A stretch of 64,000 nt of DNA. Origin: Candidatus Eremiobacteria bacterium (GTDB lineage: Bacteria; Vulcanimicrobiota; Vulcanimicrobiia; Vulcanimicrobiales; Vulcanimicrobiaceae). Below are positions 48,757 to 58,901 of this stretch, piece after piece. The notes below the pieces were generated by a model. It did not search any database. It saw only the letters and a program-made list of their open reading frames with translations, and was not told the origin of the DNA. The stretch spans positions 96,001-160,000 of the forward strand of contig CAVWUU010000004.1 in assembly GCA_963758295.1 (NCBI GenBank), given 5' to 3'. Within the stretch, counting starts at the first letter, position 1, and the number at the start of each line of letters is the position of its first letter. Position numbers and translations under genes: made by a program.

Positions 48757-49292
48757 TGAGTTCGTTCGATGACGAATTCGGTCTCTTCGGCGAAGACGTC
48801 GATGAGGCCGAGCGTCGTTCGACGCTCGGAAAGCGAGTAATCGCTTCCAATGAAACGATCATCAACGACATCGAGCCCGAAGAAGAGCGGCCCGCTCGCA
48901 CGCAGCGCCCGCCTCGCAGCGGCGGTTACGACCGCGGCGGCAAAGCCGGAGGACGCCGTGAGTACGGCAACCGCGACCGCGACCGCAAGCCGGCCGATCC
49001 GTGGGCGTCGATGCGCCGTGCTACCGATTTGCTCGGTTTTCTCGCGAAGAAACTCGTGCAGAAGCCCGATGATGCATCGGTAGAACTTTTCACGGACGAA
49101 GAGGGCAAGCCGGTTATCGAGCTCGTCGTCGATCATGAAGATCTCGGCAAAGTCATCGGACGGAACGGCCGCGTCGCGCAAGCGTTGCGGACCATTGTTC
49201 GCGCCGCTGCCGAGGGACGCGTTTCGGTCGACATTCTCGATAAAGAAGAAGCCGAATCGACCGACGAGGAACAAGAAGACGCAGAAGAGTGA
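48756..49292 (+). CDS. khpA: KH-domain RNA-binding protein KhpA with a long N-terminal extension
   Basis: LV..PD and D.GKVIGRNGR.A.ALRTIV motifs; lies between rpsP and rimM. Confidence 0.88.
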   Translation: MSSFDDEFGLFGEDVDEAERRSTLGKRVIASNETIINDIEPEEERPARTQRPPRSGGYDRGGKAGGRREYGNRDRDRKPADPWASMRRATDLLGFLAKKLVQKPDDASVELFTDEEGKPVIELVVDHEDLGKVIGRNGRVAQALRTIVRAAAEGRVSVDILDKEEAESTDEEQEDAEE

Positions 49293-49293
49293 G

Positions 49294-49791
49294 TTGCCCG
49301 TAGGCCGGATATCCGGCATCTTCGGCATTCGCGGTGAACTGAAGTGCGACCCGACCGGTGCGGGTCGCGCCGTCTTTTCCGTTGGCGCGGACCTGCGCTG
49401 CGAACTCGACGGCAGTTCGCAGACGGTGTGCATTCGCACGTTGCGCGAACACAAAGGCCGCTTCCTGATTACACTCGACGGCGTGAACGATGCAACCGCC
49501 GCAGAGGCGTATGCCGGATCGACGCTTTATGCCGAACGGGACCGCATCGAACTCGAGCCGGGCGAATACTTCGACGTCGATCTCGTCGGCTGCATCGTTC
49601 GTAGCGTCGACGGGCGCGAATACGGCCCCGTGCAACGCGTCGACCACTATCCGGCAAGCGACATGCTCGTTGTCGGCGGCCGCATGCTGCCGATGGTGCA
49701 GGCGTTCATTCGCTCCATCGACATGGACGCCAAATCCATCACCGTCGAGCTCCCTCGCGGCTTACTGGACGACGACTCCGAGACCGCTTGA
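49294..49791 (+). CDS. rimM: Ribosome maturation factor RimM (start uncertain)
   Basis: VG.I...FGIRGE.K, GEY...DL.GC.V and LP.V..F motifs. Confidence 0.9.
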   Translation: MPVGRISGIFGIRGELKCDPTGAGRAVFSVGADLRCELDGSSQTVCIRTLREHKGRFLITLDGVNDATAAEAYAGSTLYAERDRIELEPGEYFDVDLVGCIVRSVDGREYGPVQRVDHYPASDMLVVGGRMLPMVQAFIRSIDMDAKSITVELPRGLLDDDSETA

Positions 49792-50019
49792 ACGACGACG
49801 TAACGAGCTTGGGTCGACGAAACGTTCATTCGTGGTGGACCAGCCATGTTGGTTTTCACGCGCTCCGCGATAGCGTCTCTCGAAAAAGAGACTCGCTAGG
49901 ATAACAACGCCCCACAAAGCGATACATATCGACGCCGGCCAAGCCGAAGTGTTTGCAACGGCGTTCCAAAGCGCAGCAACCAAAGCCACGGCAAAAAGAA
50001 CAACCGCGATTCGAATCAT
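49762..50019 (-). CDS. Small membrane protein
   Basis: Two TM helices, then FERRY and GW..T.ERFVDP; the C-terminus may be frameshifted. Confidence 0.6.
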   Translation of the reverse strand: MIRIAVVLFAVALVAALWNAVANTSAWPASICIALWGVVILASLFFERRYRGARENQHGWSTTNERFVDPSSLRRRSSGLGVVVQ

Positions 50020-50339
50020 GACGTTGGCTCAACCACAGCAGCTGTGCCGTAAGCGACGATCTCACTCATGGTTCGTCCGAGTTCCGATGAGTCAAAGCGC
50101 ATCATGATCACAGCGTTAGCCCCCATGGCAGTCGCGTTCTCCACCATCCGGTCTGTCGCGTGACGGCGCGCTTCCTCGAGCATTTGGGTGTATTCGGTGA
50201 TTTCGCCGCCGCCCAACGAACGTAGGCCCGCCATGATGTTTCCACCGAGCCCCCGGCTTCGAACAACGAGGCCGAAGACTTGTCCCAGCGTTTTAACGGT
50301 GCGGTGGCCAGCTACGTTCTCCGTCGTGGTAAGGATCAT
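50016..50339 (-). CDS. YbjQ/UPF0145 family protein
   Basis: MILTTT, LG.V.G, GGE...Y, GANAV...RFD and AYGTA motifs; GGAGGAG SD. Confidence 0.9.
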   Translation of the reverse strand: MILTTTENVAGHRTVKTLGQVFGLVVRSRGLGGNIMAGLRSLGGGEITEYTQMLEEARRHATDRMVENATAMGANAVIMMRFDSSELGRTMSEIVAYGTAAVVEPTS

Positions 50340-50406
50340 TTGCACTCCTCCATAATCGCCTACATTGGATACTGGACGACATCCTAAAACGTAACGCGAT
50401 ACCGCT

Positions 50407-51492
50407 CTAGCCGTTGTCCGGGTGGTCTTTTTGATACGCTGCGACGGCGTCGTCAATGGCTTTGGAGATGTTGCGATCGGTGGTCGACGTCGTGTAGAGT
50501 TCGGCGCCAAAACACGTGTAAACGTGGAGCGTGAAATCGTACACGTTGTGCGCGCCGAAGCCGCCGCCTTCGCGGTGCACGTTTAGCGTTCCCGAGGAAA
50601 CCGTGTTATTGCGCTGCGAGCCGCATACGGCATCTGTAGATTTAGCCACGTTCGCTGGAGCAACGCTTGCGGCGTGCGCGTTATAGCGCGCATTGAACGA
50701 TGTGACGAGATCGTTGGTGCCATTCGTCAGATCGCCGCCCGGCGCGTTGCCGTTGATACGCGCCACAATAACGCCGCGCGCCGGCTTCACGATCTTCGGC
50801 GTAGGAGTCGCTTCCGGGGCTTTGCCCTTCCCTTTGAAGATCGATGAAACGGCGCCCGGAATGCCGTTGAGCTTCATGTTCGCGCCGTTGCTCGCTTGCG
50901 GTGCAGGCGTCGCGCTCGATTGATTTTCAATGTTGACTTGATCGCGGTGTTCGAGCTGCTGGATGACCGAATCGAACGTGAGCGCCTGCGATGCTACGTC
51001 TTGAACCGACGAAATCTGCGCCGTTTGCGAATACGTGCTCGTGCCCGAATTCACGCTGACGAGCTGCGCCACGACGGCGGCTTGCTGGCCGATCGGCTGG
51101 ACGTAGCCGGCAATATAGTAGTCCGCATGTTTCTGGCGCGCGTTGGTTTGATAGTCCGCGCGCTTCACGCCTTGGCCAACCGCGAGAACCGTGAGATTGT
51201 TCGAATTGACGAAGACCTGCGAAAAAATTTGCGCAATACCCAGCCCAACTTTCGAATTGACGTCGGTAGGTGTTTCGAACGGATACACGATGACCGAGGG
51301 TGCGCCCGAGTTAAAGGGCGTTGCGGACGGAGACGGCGCGACGGTAGCCTTGCCCGCGGCGGGACGCGGGGACGACGTCGCGGAGGCCGCGCGCGGTGTC
51401 GCCGAAGGCGAGGGCAATGGGGACGGGGCGGGCGTTGCCGCTAATAGCGCGAGGCTGGAACACACGAGAAAAACACCAAAGGAACGGCGCAC
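50407..51492 (-). CDS. Secreted hypothetical protein
   Basis: Signal peptide, Pro/Ser/Thr linkers and two alpha/beta domains (VYPFE..ADYYI.G). Confidence 0.7.
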   Translation of the reverse strand: MRRSFGVFLVCSSLALLAATPAPSPLPSPSATPRAASATSSPRPAAGKATVAPSPSATPFNSGAPSVIVYPFETPTDVNSKVGLGIAQIFSQVFVNSNNLTVLAVGQGVKRADYQTNARQKHADYYIAGYVQPIGQQAAVVAQLVSVNSGTSTYSQTAQISSVQDVASQALTFDSVIQQLEHRDQVNIENQSSATPAPQASNGANMKLNGIPGAVSSIFKGKGKAPEATPTPKIVKPARGVIVARINGNAPGGDLTNGTNDLVTSFNARYNAHAASVAPANVAKSTDAVCGSQRNNTVSSGTLNVHREGGGFGAHNVYDFTLHVYTCFGAELYTTSTTDRNISKAIDDAVAAYQKDHPDNG

Positions 51493-51518
51493 GGCTCTCC
51501 TTATCCGGGCAGGTACGA

Positions 51519-52211
51519 CTAGGTTTCGATTTGAGAAACGAACGAGCGAAGAGCTTCGTTCGTGTCGGCCGGGCGTTCCACCATAGCGAGGTGCCCGGCG
51601 CCGGGAAGTATTCGCGCCGTGGCGCCCGGTACCCGGTCCGCCACGAACGCTCCGAACTTCGGGGGCGTCATGACGTCTCGCTCGCCCGTAATTGCGAGCA
51701 AGGGGACGTCGATCCGCTCCAGCCGCGACGAGGCGTCGAAGGCGTCGCAGGCTCGGAAGTCCCGGATCGTCTGCTTCTTGCCGACGGCCAGCATCTGCGC
51801 GGCGGACGCTTCTATCCGCTCGGGGGCCGGCTCAGCGAAGAAGTACCCGGCGAGCATTCGCGCCGCGGCCTCGAAATCGCGGTCGATGGCTTCGAAGATC
51901 GCCGGCGCAACGCGAAGCTTCGCCCCCGAACCAAGCAACACGACGCCGGTGATGCGAGGATCGCGTCGCATGGCGAGTTCCAGTGCGATTGCGCCGCCCA
52001 TCGAACTGCCCGTAACGACGACGTTGCGCACATCGCGTTCTTCGCAATACGCGGAAACGAAATCGGCGAACTCCTCGATGCTCTCCGCGCTGCCCGGAAC
52101 GGTGTGTCCCGGGAGCGTCAAGGCGACGGAGCTTGGAAATGCGCGCGTTTGACTTGCAAAGACGTCGCCGGTGCAGCCGGCACCGTGGATGAATAACAAC
52201 GTTGACTTCAA
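51519..52211 (-). CDS. Alpha/beta hydrolase
   Basis: FIHGAG, LPGH, GSSMGG, GE.D.MTP and GAGH motifs. Confidence 0.9.
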   Translation of the reverse strand: MKSTLLFIHGAGCTGDVFASQTRAFPSSVALTLPGHTVPGSAESIEEFADFVSAYCEERDVRNVVVTGSSMGGAIALELAMRRDPRITGVVLLGSGAKLRVAPAIFEAIDRDFEAAARMLAGYFFAEPAPERIEASAAQMLAVGKKQTIRDFRACDAFDASSRLERIDVPLLAITGERDVMTPPKFGAFVADRVPGATARILPGAGHLAMVERPADTNEALRSFVSQIET

Positions 52212-53068
52212 TTCTCGATAACCGTCGGTTCGGCGATGGGTTCCAGCACGTCAACGAGCGTTGGAACTCGTTCGCGTCCGTGATGGGCCGCCCACGCTGC
52301 GCTGAATTCAGCGCCGTAAAAGAAGGTCGATCCGATCACGTAAAACCAGAAAAGCAGCACGAGCGGCACGGAAAGCGCGCCGTAGATCTGCGTGAAATTG
52401 ATGTGCAGTGTGTATTGCGTAAACGCAAACTGGACGATGGGCCACAACACGGCGACGATCACCGCGCCGGGAAAGGCAAATCCCCACGACATGTGGCGGT
52501 TCGGTAGAAACTTGTAGAGTACGAACGTCGACACGAACACGAGCGCGATGGAAATGACGTACGCGGCTACGTGCGTCAGATTTTGGCGATCGGGAAGGTT
52601 GGCGACCGCCATCGCGATGGACATGATCACCGGCAGGCCCATTGCGACGATCAGGGCGAGCGCCATAATCGGCAGCATAATGAGCGAGAGCGCGATGTTG
52701 TGAATCAACGGACGGCCTTTCGGCACGCCCAGCGCGCGATCCAAGGCGTATGCAAGACCCATGAAGAGATTCTTGCCGGACCACGCCAAAAAGCCGATAG
52801 CGATGATACTCGAGATGCCGCGGCCGTAGATATACGACTGAAGATTCGCGGCTACGAATTGGTGGAGCGTGGGGCTAAACTCGTCAAAGAAGCCCAGCAC
52901 GCGCTCTTGCGCCATCGGATAAACGTATGACGCGGCGGTTAGAACCAAAACCACCAGCGGAAACAGCGCAAAGAGCGCGTTGAAAGCGATGGCTTGCGCT
53001 AGGAAGGCGCAGCCGTCTCTCGAGAAGCGGAGGCCGGCCTCACGTAGGGCCGAAATGAGTCGCTCCAT
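52208..53068 (-). CDS. YihY/BrkB family membrane protein
   Basis: A.AIAF..LFALFP, LY..LP, YGAL and F.GAE motifs; multiple TM segments. Confidence 0.9.
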   Translation of the reverse strand: MERLISALREAGLRFSRDGCAFLAQAIAFNALFALFPLVVLVLTAASYVYPMAQERVLGFFDEFSPTLHQFVAANLQSYIYGRGISSIIAIGFLAWSGKNLFMGLAYALDRALGVPKGRPLIHNIALSLIMLPIMALALIVAMGLPVIMSIAMAVANLPDRQNLTHVAAYVISIALVFVSTFVLYKFLPNRHMSWGFAFPGAVIVAVLWPIVQFAFTQYTLHINFTQIYGALSVPLVLLFWFYVIGSTFFYGAEFSAAWAAHHGRERVPTLVDVLEPIAEPTVIEN

Positions 53069-53090
53069 CGGATGCGAATATCGCCGTTCC

Positions 53091-53600
53091 GTGACGTTAT
53101 TCCCACTGGCGGCAGCCGTAACGATTCTGCTCGACGGCCAACCTGTGCAGGGCTATACCGCACTATTTGAGGCGGGCGGTCACATCTTCGCGCCCGTGCG
53201 TCCGTTCGTCACGCGCATCGCCGACCGCATTTGGTACAGCGGCGATCGATTGGCGGTGCAGCGCGACGGCAAAACGGTATTCATTCGCCTGCAAAGACGT
53301 GAGCCCGACGCGCTCGACGGTGAATTCATTCCACTGCGTGCCGTGATGAACGCGCTTGGCGCCGACGTGCAGTACGACGAAGTGATGCACGAAGTGAACA
53401 TTCGCATGCCGATGCATCCGACGGTGGAGTCGCCGGCGCCATTCGATGCATCGGTACCTCAAGTGGCACCCACCATGGTTTTTACGCCGACGCCGGAAGC
53501 CACACCGCGGCCTGTCTGGAGCGGCTCGCCGCTACCGCGCCGCACGCCGCTCCCATACTCGAGTTCTCCACCGGCTCCGCACGAGAGCGCCCTATTTTAG
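53091..53600 (+). CDS. Copper-amine-oxidase N-terminal (stalk) domain protein with Pro-rich tail
   Basis: FAPVR and FIPLR.V..ALGA.V.YD motifs. Probable GTG start at 53091. Confidence 0.65.
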   Translation: MTLFPLAAAVTILLDGQPVQGYTALFEAGGHIFAPVRPFVTRIADRIWYSGDRLAVQRDGKTVFIRLQRREPDALDGEFIPLRAVMNALGADVQYDEVMHEVNIRMPMHPTVESPAPFDASVPQVAPTMVFTPTPEATPRPVWSGSPLPRRTPLPYSSSPPAPHESALF

Positions 53601-54436
53601 CGCGCGGCTACCGCGCCGAGATCATCGGAACCGGCGCCCCGCGTTTGGGCGGCTCGCAACTCTGCTTCGACCGCATCTATCACGGGAAGCGCGGAACCAT
53701 TGGCTGCGCCTTGCATAAGCATTGCGTCTTTACGAGCCATATCGACTGTCCATGCCGGCGAGTAATCGGCTTCGGCCATGCGTCTTCCGCGACCGTCGAT
53801 CTGCCCTTGCACGTTGTAGAACGAAAACAGCTCGTAGGCTTGTTCCCGTGAAAGGCCCTGTTGCTCGGCGATCCGGTAAACGTCGTTCAACCCGCCGATT
53901 ACGGCCAAAATCATCGCATTGCCCATGAGTTTGTAAACGGCGGCCAGGTCAGGCCGTTCGCCGAAATACTTCACCGTGCCGGTCATTTGCGCGAGCTGGT
54001 CTTTCATCGCTTCAAAAGTGGCAGCCGATCCGGAGACAAGCATGGTTCCGGTTCCGTTGAGGCTGTTCGGCGGTCCCATAAAAACCGGCGCATCCAAGAA
54101 TCTATGTCCGCTGCTCGCAAGCCGGTTGGAACGTTCCACGACGTTTTGCGGAAGCACGGTGGTGTGATCGACGATCGTTACACCGCGATCGAGCGCCGGC
54201 AAAATCGCTTTGAGGATTAGATCGACCGCGGTGTCATCGCTCACGCAAATATGCACGCGCGCAACGCCCCGCGCAGCTTCCGCCGGATCTTCGAAAGCAA
54301 CGATGCCGTTTTCTTCGAGGTCTTTTGCTCGTTTGAAAGTACGGTTCCAAACGTTCACCGCATAACCGTGCCGGCGTAAATTTTTGATGAATCCGGAACC
54401 GAGCATCCCGGCTCCGTAAAAAGCCACCTTTTCCAT
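53597..54436 (-). CDS. NAD(P)-dependent oxidoreductase, 3-hydroxyisobutyrate/6-phosphogluconate dehydrogenase family
   Basis: GAG.LG, VWNRT, DAPV.M, KL..N and KD..L motifs. Confidence 0.87.
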   Translation of the reverse strand: MEKVAFYGAGMLGSGFIKNLRRHGYAVNVWNRTFKRAKDLEENGIVAFEDPAEAARGVARVHICVSDDTAVDLILKAILPALDRGVTIVDHTTVLPQNVVERSNRLASSGHRFLDAPVFMGPPNSLNGTGTMLVSGSAATFEAMKDQLAQMTGTVKYFGERPDLAAVYKLMGNAMILAVIGGLNDVYRIAEQQGLSREQAYELFSFYNVQGQIDGRGRRMAEADYSPAWTVDMARKDAMLMQGAANGSALPVIDAVEAELRAAQTRGAGSDDLGAVAAR

Positions 54437-54454
54437 TCGTAAAGCCTTTCCCCG

Positions 54455-54491
54455 AAAAAGAAAAAAGCCGCCGTAGCGATACGGCGGCTTT
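54455..54491 (-). terminator. Rho-independent terminator after the DoxX gene
   Basis: AAAGCCGCCGTA/TACGGCGGCTTT stem with a long T-run on the minus strand. Confidence 0.75.
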
Positions 54492-54506
54492 CGGTATTGC
54501 GATTCG

Positions 54507-55010
54507 TTATTGCGCGGGAGCGCTTACCTGACGTCGCGCCAGGAGATTCAGCAGACCGAGAACGATCCCCGCAGTAACGGCGAGTGCCGCTTGCGCCGGG
54601 GTTGCGAAAACTTGGAGACCGGCCAGACGATCGATCGAGTATGCGCCGTTGCCCGCGAATGCGATGGCTAGCGCGGCAAGAATGTAGAAGACATTGAGCT
54701 CGACGCCGTTGTTCGTAGAGAACAGGCCACCTTTCGCGTGCACCGAGAAGGCTGCCACAACCATCACCATGATAATGATGGCCGGACCAAGCGCGCCGCC
54801 CAGGCCGAGTACGGTCAGAACGCCGCCCGTCAGTTCACCGGCACCCGCTGCGAACGCAAAGATGCGTCCCGGACGGAAGCCGAGCGATTCGAAGAAGCCG
54901 CCGGTACCCGCCAGACCATATCCGCCGAACCAGCCGAAAAGTTTTTGCGCCCCGTGGGCCGCAATATATAGTCCCAGTACGAGACGAATAAGAAGAAACG
55001 CGAGATCCAT
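54507..55010 (-). CDS. DoxX family membrane protein
   Basis: R..LG....AHGAQKLFGWFGG.G, G.E and G.GAYSID motifs. Confidence 0.92.
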   Translation of the reverse strand: MDLAFLLIRLVLGLYIAAHGAQKLFGWFGGYGLAGTGGFFESLGFRPGRIFAFAAGAGELTGGVLTVLGLGGALGPAIIIMVMVVAAFSVHAKGGLFSTNNGVELNVFYILAALAIAFAGNGAYSIDRLAGLQVFATPAQAALAVTAGIVLGLLNLLARRQVSAPAQ

Positions 55011-55035
55011 TGTGATCCTTGACTCCAGTAAACCT

Positions 55036-55082
55036 TATCTTGTGTTGGTAGCCTACTTATGATAAGCTACGAACACAAGGTA
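55036..55082. promoter_or_regulatory. Long inverted repeat, candidate operator between divergent DoxX and HxlR genes
   Basis: TATCTTGTGTTGGTAGC (55036-55052) versus GCTACGAACACAAGGTA (55066-55082): 15/17 complementary. Confidence 0.6.
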
Positions 55083-55098
55083 TCACGGGAAGTCGGCT

Positions 55099-55476
55099 AT
55101 GTCAAGTAATCAACCTACGGAAAATAAGTTAGAAGAAGCGGTGCTTTGCCCGCGGTTCCATCACGCGGTGGAACTGATCGGCCGGCGCTGGACCGGCGCG
55201 GTCGTCCGGGTGTTGCTGCCTGGGCCACGCCGGTTCAACGAGTTACTCGCGGCGATTCCCGGAATTTCCGACCGGCTGCTCACCGAGCGGTTGCGCGAAT
55301 TGGAAGGCGCCGGCTTGCTAGAGCGGCGCGTTGAATCCGGCTCGCCCGTCAAGGTCGTGTACGAGCTGACGTGTCCCGGGCACGAGCTTCAGGAGCCGCT
55401 CGACGCGCTCGGCCATTGGGCGGAGAAGTGGCTGCCGCAGCTGGCTAAACATGAAGCAGACGACGGCGCAGCTTAG
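55099..55476 (+). CDS. HxlR/DUF24 family winged-helix regulator
   Basis: CP......LIG.RW, RRF.EL...IPGIS...LT.RLRELE and V.Y.LT motifs. Confidence 0.93.
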   Translation: MSSNQPTENKLEEAVLCPRFHHAVELIGRRWTGAVVRVLLPGPRRFNELLAAIPGISDRLLTERLRELEGAGLLERRVESGSPVKVVYELTCPGHELQEPLDALGHWAEKWLPQLAKHEADDGAA

Positions 55477-56441
55477 TGCGTAAGCGTTTGCGCTAACACG
55501 AACGTAATGCCGTCCGCCTGCAGCTCCGGGATGAGGGCGCGAACGGCCTCAAGCGTCGAGGGACGCGGGTGTCCGATCGCTATCGCGCTGCCGGATCGTT
55601 TCGCGATAGCGGCCGCTTCGCGCAGCTGCGCTTCTGAATAGGCGACGTCGGCTTTATTATCGAGGAACACGTCGCGTGCTGCGGTCGGCACGCCCTCGGC
55701 GGTCGCGGTGGATTCGCCGACGGACGCGCTGCTCGTCTTCGAATCCACGAAGAACAAGTTTCCGTGCTTCGAAAGCACGCCGATCACGTCGTGCATGACG
55801 CGAGAATCGGCACTGGCTTTACTACCCTCGTGATTGTTCACGCCTTGCGCGAGCGGTATTTGCGCGAGATCGGCTTCGACTTGCGCGTCGATCTCCGCGT
55901 CGGTCATCTCCGTTGTCACCTTGCCGGGGCCCGGATTCATTCCCGAAAGCGTTTCCATAGGCAGATGGAGCATGACGCCTTTGCCGGCATCGCTCGCTTC
56001 GCGCGCGATCGTCGCGTTGTAATGAACGTCCGGAAGAACGGACAACGTGAGCGGAATCGGTAAGGCCACGAAACCGCGCTCCGTCGTGATCCACTGTCCG
56101 CAGTCGTCAATGATCAGCGCGAGCTTGGGACCGTTGGCCGCGGCGGGCGAAGGCGCCGAAGGCGTGGCGGCCGGCGAGCGTTCCGGAGAGGCGCTCGGAG
56201 TGGCGGATGCTTCGGAGCTTGGCGTTTCGGTCGTCTCCGGCAGCGCGCTTTGCGTTTCGGGCACCGCCGTCTCCGTAGCGACGGCGACCGGCGGTTGTTC
56301 AACCGCGCGATGCTTGTGCGTGGCGAGCACCGGATGGAAGAGCCACCAAGCGACAACGACGAGGATGGCCAGGAGCAGGGCAGGCGTGAGCCACCCGTTG
56401 TTGGACGGGCGCTTACGGCGCGAAGATGGACGTTTCGGCAC
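55473..56441 (-). CDS. Divergent polysaccharide deacetylase family protein
   Basis: IIDD.G, HLPME, NNHEGS, FVDS, RDVFLD and AIAIGH motifs; N-terminal TM anchor. Confidence 0.9.
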   Translation of the reverse strand: MPKRPSSRRKRPSNNGWLTPALLLAILVVVAWWLFHPVLATHKHRAVEQPPVAVATETAVPETQSALPETTETPSSEASATPSASPERSPAATPSAPSPAAANGPKLALIIDDCGQWITTERGFVALPIPLTLSVLPDVHYNATIAREASDAGKGVMLHLPMETLSGMNPGPGKVTTEMTDAEIDAQVEADLAQIPLAQGVNNHEGSKASADSRVMHDVIGVLSKHGNLFFVDSKTSSASVGESTATAEGVPTAARDVFLDNKADVAYSEAQLREAAAIAKRSGSAIAIGHPRPSTLEAVRALIPELQADGITFVLAQTLTH

Positions 56442-56536
56442 GACGAACGGCTTGTTCGCGATTTGACCGGCCGCACGCCTGCGTCAACCCGCCGCGATCG
56501 CAGCGAGCGTACGGGCCGGCGTCGAAAAACGGAGGA

Positions 56537-57382
56537 ATGCACGACGCTTTACGCGATGCGCTCGACGGCATTACCGTCGTAGCGCTGGCAACCAACATTC
56601 CGGGACCGCTCGCCGCCGCGCACCTGCGTTCGCTCGGCGCTCGCGTCGTAAAAATTGAACCGTCTAACGGCGACAGTTTGGAAAAAGCATCACCCGCTTG
56701 GTATGCCGCGATAACGACGGGGCTTGAAGTGCTTCGTCTGGATTTGCGCGATGCGGCCGGTCTGCGTGCGCTCGAAGCGCATCTGAGCGGCGCTGACATC
56801 TTGCTCACCGCAATGCGCGCGAGTTCATTGTTGCGTCTCGGATTGAACTGGCCGTCCTTACATGCCAAGCATCCGCGTTTATGTCATGTCGCGATCTCGG
56901 GAGAAGTTCCGCCGCACGACGATCGTCCCGGACACGATCTCACCTATCAAGCGCGAGCAGGAACCTTAACGCCGCCCACCATGCCGCGCGTCCTTGCGGG
57001 CGACATGGCGGCGGCCGAACGTGCCGTAGCGGCGGTGCTTGCAGCGCTCTTCGCGCGAGAGCGCCGCGGTACGGTCATGCGCGTCGACGTCGGCATCGTA
57101 GATGCAGCCGTCGATTTTGCGGCACCGGTGCGTTTCGGTCTGACCGCCGCAAGCGGCCCGCTCGGCGGCGCCGTCTCCACGTACCGCATGTACTCGGCGA
57201 AGGACGGTTACGTGGCGCTCGCGGCCATTGAGGCACATTTCGTCGAACGATTGACGACGATGCTGGATGGCGCGACGAGCGACGCGGAAACGCTCTCCCA
57301 AATCTTCGCGCAGCGAACCGCTGAAGAGTGGGAGCGATTGGCGGAGCAACACGATGTGCCGCTATGCGCGGTTCGCGCGTGA
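56537..57382 (+). CDS. CaiB/BaiF family III CoA-transferase
   Basis: PGP.A...L..LGA.V.KIEP..GD, GHDL.YQ and Y.A.DG motifs; GGAGG SD. Confidence 0.88.
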   Translation: MHDALRDALDGITVVALATNIPGPLAAAHLRSLGARVVKIEPSNGDSLEKASPAWYAAITTGLEVLRLDLRDAAGLRALEAHLSGADILLTAMRASSLLRLGLNWPSLHAKHPRLCHVAISGEVPPHDDRPGHDLTYQARAGTLTPPTMPRVLAGDMAAAERAVAAVLAALFARERRGTVMRVDVGIVDAAVDFAAPVRFGLTAASGPLGGAVSTYRMYSAKDGYVALAAIEAHFVERLTTMLDGATSDAETLSQIFAQRTAEEWERLAEQHDVPLCAVRA

Positions 57383-57425
57383 ACCGCGAATCGTAAGATC
57401 TTTGAAGAGGAACGAGAGGACGCGA

Positions 57426-58190
57426 ATGAATTTAAACGGGAAGACTTTCGTAATTACCGGCGGAGCGTCAGGGCTCGGCGCTGCGTGCGCGCGCGAATTC
57501 ACGAGCGCCGGCGCAAACGTCGTGATTATCGACATCGGTGAACGCGGCGCGGAAGTCGCAACGGAGCTTGGATCGGCCGCGCGATTTGCAAAAACCGACG
57601 TGACGGACGAGAAACAAGTTCAGGCGGCGATAGACTTAGCGAAACGAGAGTTCGGCGGCGTGCACGGGGCAATCAATTGCGCGGGCATCGCCACGGCGGA
57701 ACGCGCGCTTGCACGCGAAGGCCCGCAACCGCTCGAGCACTTTGCGCGGGTCATTTCGGTGAATCTCATCGGCACGTTCAACGTCGTCCGCTTGGCGGCC
57801 GCCGCGATCGTGGAAAATGCAACCGAGCCGAATCAGGACCGCGGCGTAATCGTGTGTACTGCATCCGTTGCAGCCTTCGACGGGCAGATCGGCCAAGTTG
57901 CGTATAGCGCGTCGAAGGGCGGCGTGGTGGCCATGGTGTTGCCGCTCGCGCGTGAGTTCGCGCAACACCAGATCCGGGTGATGGGCATTGCGCCCGGGAT
58001 TTTCAATACGCCGATGATGGCCGGTTTGCCTGAAGCCGCGCGTGAGTCGCTTGGGAAACAAACGCCATTTCCCGCGCGGCTTGGAGAACCGGCGGAGTAC
58101 GCCGCGCTGGCGCGCCACATCGCCGAGAACCAAATGCTCAACGGCGAAGTGATTCGTCTCGACGGCGCTATCCGGCTAGCTCCGCGTTAG
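57426..58190 (+). CDS. SDR family 3-hydroxyacyl-CoA dehydrogenase (HSD10-like)
   Basis: [34 protein letters not shown] and IRLDGAIR motifs. Confidence 0.92.
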   Translation: MNLNGKTFVITGGASGLGAACAREFTSAGANVVIIDIGERGAEVATELGSAARFAKTDVTDEKQVQAAIDLAKREFGGVHGAINCAGIATAERALAREGPQPLEHFARVISVNLIGTFNVVRLAAAAIVENATEPNQDRGVIVCTASVAAFDGQIGQVAYSASKGGVVAMVLPLAREFAQHQIRVMGIAPGIFNTPMMAGLPEAARESLGKQTPFPARLGEPAEYAALARHIAENQMLNGEVIRLDGAIRLAPR

Positions 58191-58816
58191 AGCGGCCTTG
58201 ACCGGCGCAGCATTTAAGTTCACAAGCGTTGGGAACTTCGACTGCAGCGCGCGCAGTTTCGGAATGTCGTTGTACACGATATAGCCGCTCTGTGGGTTGT
58301 GCACGAGATAGTCTTGGTGGTAGGCTTCCGCGGGGAAGAACGTCGAGTACGCCTCGAGCTTCGTAACGATCGGCGCCGGGAAGACGCGTTTGCGCTGCAG
58401 TTGAGCGATATAGGCCGCGGCTTCTTGACGTTGCGCTTCGCTCGTGTAGAAAATCTCCGAACGGTACTGGGACCCTTCATCGGGCCCTTGGCGGTTCAGT
58501 TCGGTCGGATCGTGCGCGACCAAGAAATAGACGTCGAGAAGCCGGCGGAACGAGATGATGCTCGGGTCGTACGTAATCTCAACGGACTCTGCGTGCCCCG
58601 TTGCGCCGGTACTTACGATTTCGTAGTGTGCTGTCAAGGCGGAGCCGCCGGCATAACCGGCAACCACGTGGCGCACGCCGCGCACCGACTCGAAGACGGC
58701 CTGCATGCCCCAAAGCAGCCGCCGGCGAAAACGGCGCGATCGGCGGCGGCCCGGGCGGTCGCCGGGGACAGCAAGGTAAGCGCTAAGAGCGCGAAAACCG
58801 CAAGTGATTTTAGCAT
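58176..58816 (-). CDS. msrA: Exported peptide methionine sulfoxide reductase A (frameshift in the GCFWG motif)
   Basis: Signal peptide; AVFAGGCF|(W)GM, TGHAE.V, HDPT..NRQG.D.G.QYRS and AE.YHQ motifs. Confidence 0.9.
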
Positions 58817-58901
58817 TTCACTCAATTGAACGATGTCCGGGCGCGCCTGGATGAGGAGCCGGTAACATTTCGTCATCAGGATTCGTTCAGACTAACGCGG
58901 T

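Noticed and set aside
58700..58720. Recoding at the msrA active site
   Set aside because: One missing T in a T-run restores GCFWGM, which is a typical homopolymer error.
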